In this document: piece after piece, positions 62,027-64,000 of the stretch
How the letters are laid out: each line of letters opens with the position of its first letter
Numbering within the stretch: position 1 is the stretch's first letter
Program-made: the position numbers and the translations under genes
NCBI GenBank assembly: GCA_041665485.1
Contig: JBAYIT010000001.1
Location: 204,270 to 268,269 of the forward strand
Length of the DNA: 64,000 bases
Source: Candidatus Shapirobacteria bacterium
GTDB lineage: Bacteria; Patescibacteriota; Microgenomatia; UBA12405
Direction of reading: 5' to 3'
Notes under the pieces: generated by a model
Told to the model about the DNA's origin: nothing
Seen by the model: the letters and a program-made list of their open reading frames with translations, nothing else
Databases searched by the model: none

Positions 62027-63058
62027 TCAGGGTAGAGCAATGCCCAGTGGGGAGGTTGTGGAAGTAGAAATTTTATCTTGAATTTGGTTTTGTATTGTTC
62101 GCCAATCTAGGTAGTAATCCCAAGACTCGTCATCATCTCCGGCTAGCCAATACCAAAAAACACCAGTGCGTAAACGGTCGGCCAATATGAGGTCAGGTAG
62201 GAGTTTGTCAAATTGACGTAAATAATTTTGGATAACGGTTTCCTCGTCGACAATTGGCGATGAGGCAATAACCTCTGGGGCTTCAAGCCGTTCAGGTGTG
62301 ATGTGCTGAACAGCCCACCGCCAAACATCGTCAAAGACATTAGTTGGTCTGGCTGTTTGGCCTGGCTGAGGCAATTTAAGCCCGGGCATGTCAACAACAA
62401 CAATGGGAGGGCGGTTACCGTTCTCAAATAATTTACAGAATTTGTCGAGGGCGAGGTTAAGGTTCCATTTTTCGGTTGTAGAATTGTTTTTGGGGTTCTG
62501 TTGCCAATATTGGTTGATGGCGGCGACAGCCGCTTTGATATCTAATGGTTGATTATTTAATAAACCAGCCTGATTTAAAATGTCGGTGTATAAAGAAATG
62601 TAGTCAATAGAAGAGAAGCCGGCTAAACTAACGACTTGAATTATTTCTGGTTTATTTTGGTGAGCGATAGCAGTGGCTAGGATGCTTTTGCCCATATTGC
62701 TTAGGCCGCCAAGGGCGACAACAGCTGGGGCTTGAACATCTTCGTTTGGTTGACCATATTGAGCGATGAGGTTAGCTTTGATTTGGAATAAGTCTCTGTC
62801 TCGATTTTTGTGGGCAAGGTGGCAAGCGGCAAGTAGCGGTAAGCCAAGATCTGACATGGCAAAAGCCATAATTTCGAGAGTATTTTGAGAAAGTTGAGGT
62901 TCTGTTTCGGTGGTAGTTGTTTTAGTTGTTGGTTGGGGGAAGTGTTTAAGAAGAGGTAGAAGGACGGTTCTGGTGCTGTCAACATCGCGCAAGACAGCCA
63001 ATTGGGCATGGTTTGCTAGCACCGGTAGAACAATAACTTCTCTATCTTCGGCGGCCAT
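62027..63058 (-). CDS. Hypothetical P-loop protein
   Basis: VVALGGLSNMGKS Walker A-like and IVVVDMPG. Confidence 0.6.
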   Translation of the reverse strand: MAAEDREVIVLPVLANHAQLAVLRDVDSTRTVLLPLLKHFPQPTTKTTTTETEPQLSQNTLEIMAFAMSDLGLPLLAACHLAHKNRDRDLFQIKANLIAQYGQPNEDVQAPAVVALGGLSNMGKSILATAIAHQNKPEIIQVVSLAGFSSIDYISLYTDILNQAGLLNNQPLDIKAAVAAINQYWQQNPKNNSTTEKWNLNLALDKFCKLFENGNRPPIVVVDMPGLKLPQPGQTARPTNVFDDVWRWAVQHITPERLEAPEVIASSPIVDEETVIQNYLRQFDKLLPDLILADRLRTGVFWYWLAGDDDESWDYYLDWRTIQNQIQDKISTSTTSPLGIALP

Positions 63059-64000
63059 AGGAAATAACGGTTAGTTGATAACCAACCTTGGGAATGGTTT
63101 GGATTTGGTAGCGGGAGAGTTTGTCGTTTAGACGGCGCATGGTTTTGGCAATGGCTTGATCGGAAAAGCTGTCGTATTTACCCTGGCCCCACTTAAGATC
63201 AGAAATTTGCTCTTTATTGATTTCAAACTGATGAAGAAGCATAAATTCAAGAATATCTTTTTCGATTTTATTGAGCCGGTGGGGGGAAGGGATGCCAGCT
63301 TCACTGAAAGACAGGTCGAAATTGACAGTAATGGTGATTATGTTTTGTTGATTTTTTTTGATAAATTGGTCGAGAAGTGGGCTTTTAATGTCTTTAACTT
63401 GGTCTGATTGACAGGAGAGGTAAATTTGGGCAATGGGTTTGAGGATGCGGTCAAGATTGTTAATAGTTTCGGGATTGGAATTTAGAGGATAATTAGTGGC
63501 GACGAATTTGGTGAGCTGGACAATGCCGCCAGTTTCGGAGTAAATTTTGAGGTAATCATCGGGCTTAAGTTTAATGCCAAACTGACTGATAACTAACTTT
63601 TCATCTTTAGGAGACAGGGGTGGTAGATAATAAGTTTTATAAAGGTGATTGTGGTATTTGGAGAGTTGAAATTCAGAGCTGTGAATGAAGCCGGGGTTGG
63701 TGATGGCTAGAGCAAAATTTTGGCCAATTTTGGCTTGGGCAAAATACTGGTCGGCAATTGAAGAAGCGGTTTGAGGTTGCTGATCGAAACCGAGGTTAAG
63801 AATATTGAAGTCAGACAATGGTTCGTTTTCTTTTTCAATATATTTAATTTTTTTAGCGTGATGTTTTTCAGCAAACGATTTAAGAAGATGAGTGAGCCCC
63901 ATGCCAGGGAGGGATAAGAGGAGGATGCTGGTTTTAGTGTCAATGGAGTGGATTAGCTCTGATTCGAGTTGTTGATAGGCTTCAAGATCATAAGTGGCCA
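63042..64000 (-). CDS. Degenerate ATPase + C-terminal OmpR-type winged helix (probably 5'-partial)
   Basis: YLPPLS, ETGGIVQL; INKEQISDLKW...SDQAIAKTMRRLNDKL...IQTIPKVGY. Confidence 0.7.
   Translation of the reverse strand, partial: ATYDLEAYQQLESELIHSIDTKTSILLLSLPGMGLTHLLKSFAEKHHAKKIKYIEKENEPLSDFNILNLGFDQQPQTASSIADQYFAQAKIGQNFALAITNPGFIHSSEFQLSKYHNHLYKTYYLPPLSPKDEKLVISQFGIKLKPDDYLKIYSETGGIVQLTKFVATNYPLNSNPETINNLDRILKPIAQIYLSCQSDQVKDIKSPLLDQFIKKNQQNIITITVNFDLSFSEAGIPSPHRLNKIEKDILEFMLLHQFEINKEQISDLKWGQGKYDSFSDQAIAKTMRRLNDKLSRYQIQTIPKVGYQLTVISYGRRR

Overview
Chromosomal segment of a Patescibacteria/CPR bacterium. A Microgenomates-like assignment is inferred from gene content, the strong G-rich + strand skew and leaderless promoters. 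Housekeeping genes are radA, rho, leuS, mreB, comEA, a split comEC, a WecB/TagA glycosyltransferase, tRNA-Arg(CCU) and tRNA-Pro(CGG). Three unusual layers stand out. (1) A 7.3-kb serine-integrase island (about 1249-8580) carries a KAP NTPase, an XRE regulator and an HExxH protein. It splits a TrmB-family regulator gene whose halves rejoin in frame across a GGGGGAG core. (2) 7-9-nt periodic tandem repeats occur throughout the window. They form inverted-repeat arms around four-helix-bundle (Avd/IVP-like) and GxxExxY genes, occur as empty intergenic hairpins, insert in frame into housekeeping genes, supply signal peptides, and interrupt an integrase-SAM domain with a 70-nt tract carrying stops in all three frames. 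(3) Large surface-protein loci include a dockerin-tagged secreted enzyme cluster, a 4833-aa modular fibre protein and a WxL/DUF916-like operon. All family assignments are by motif recognition; no database searches were run.
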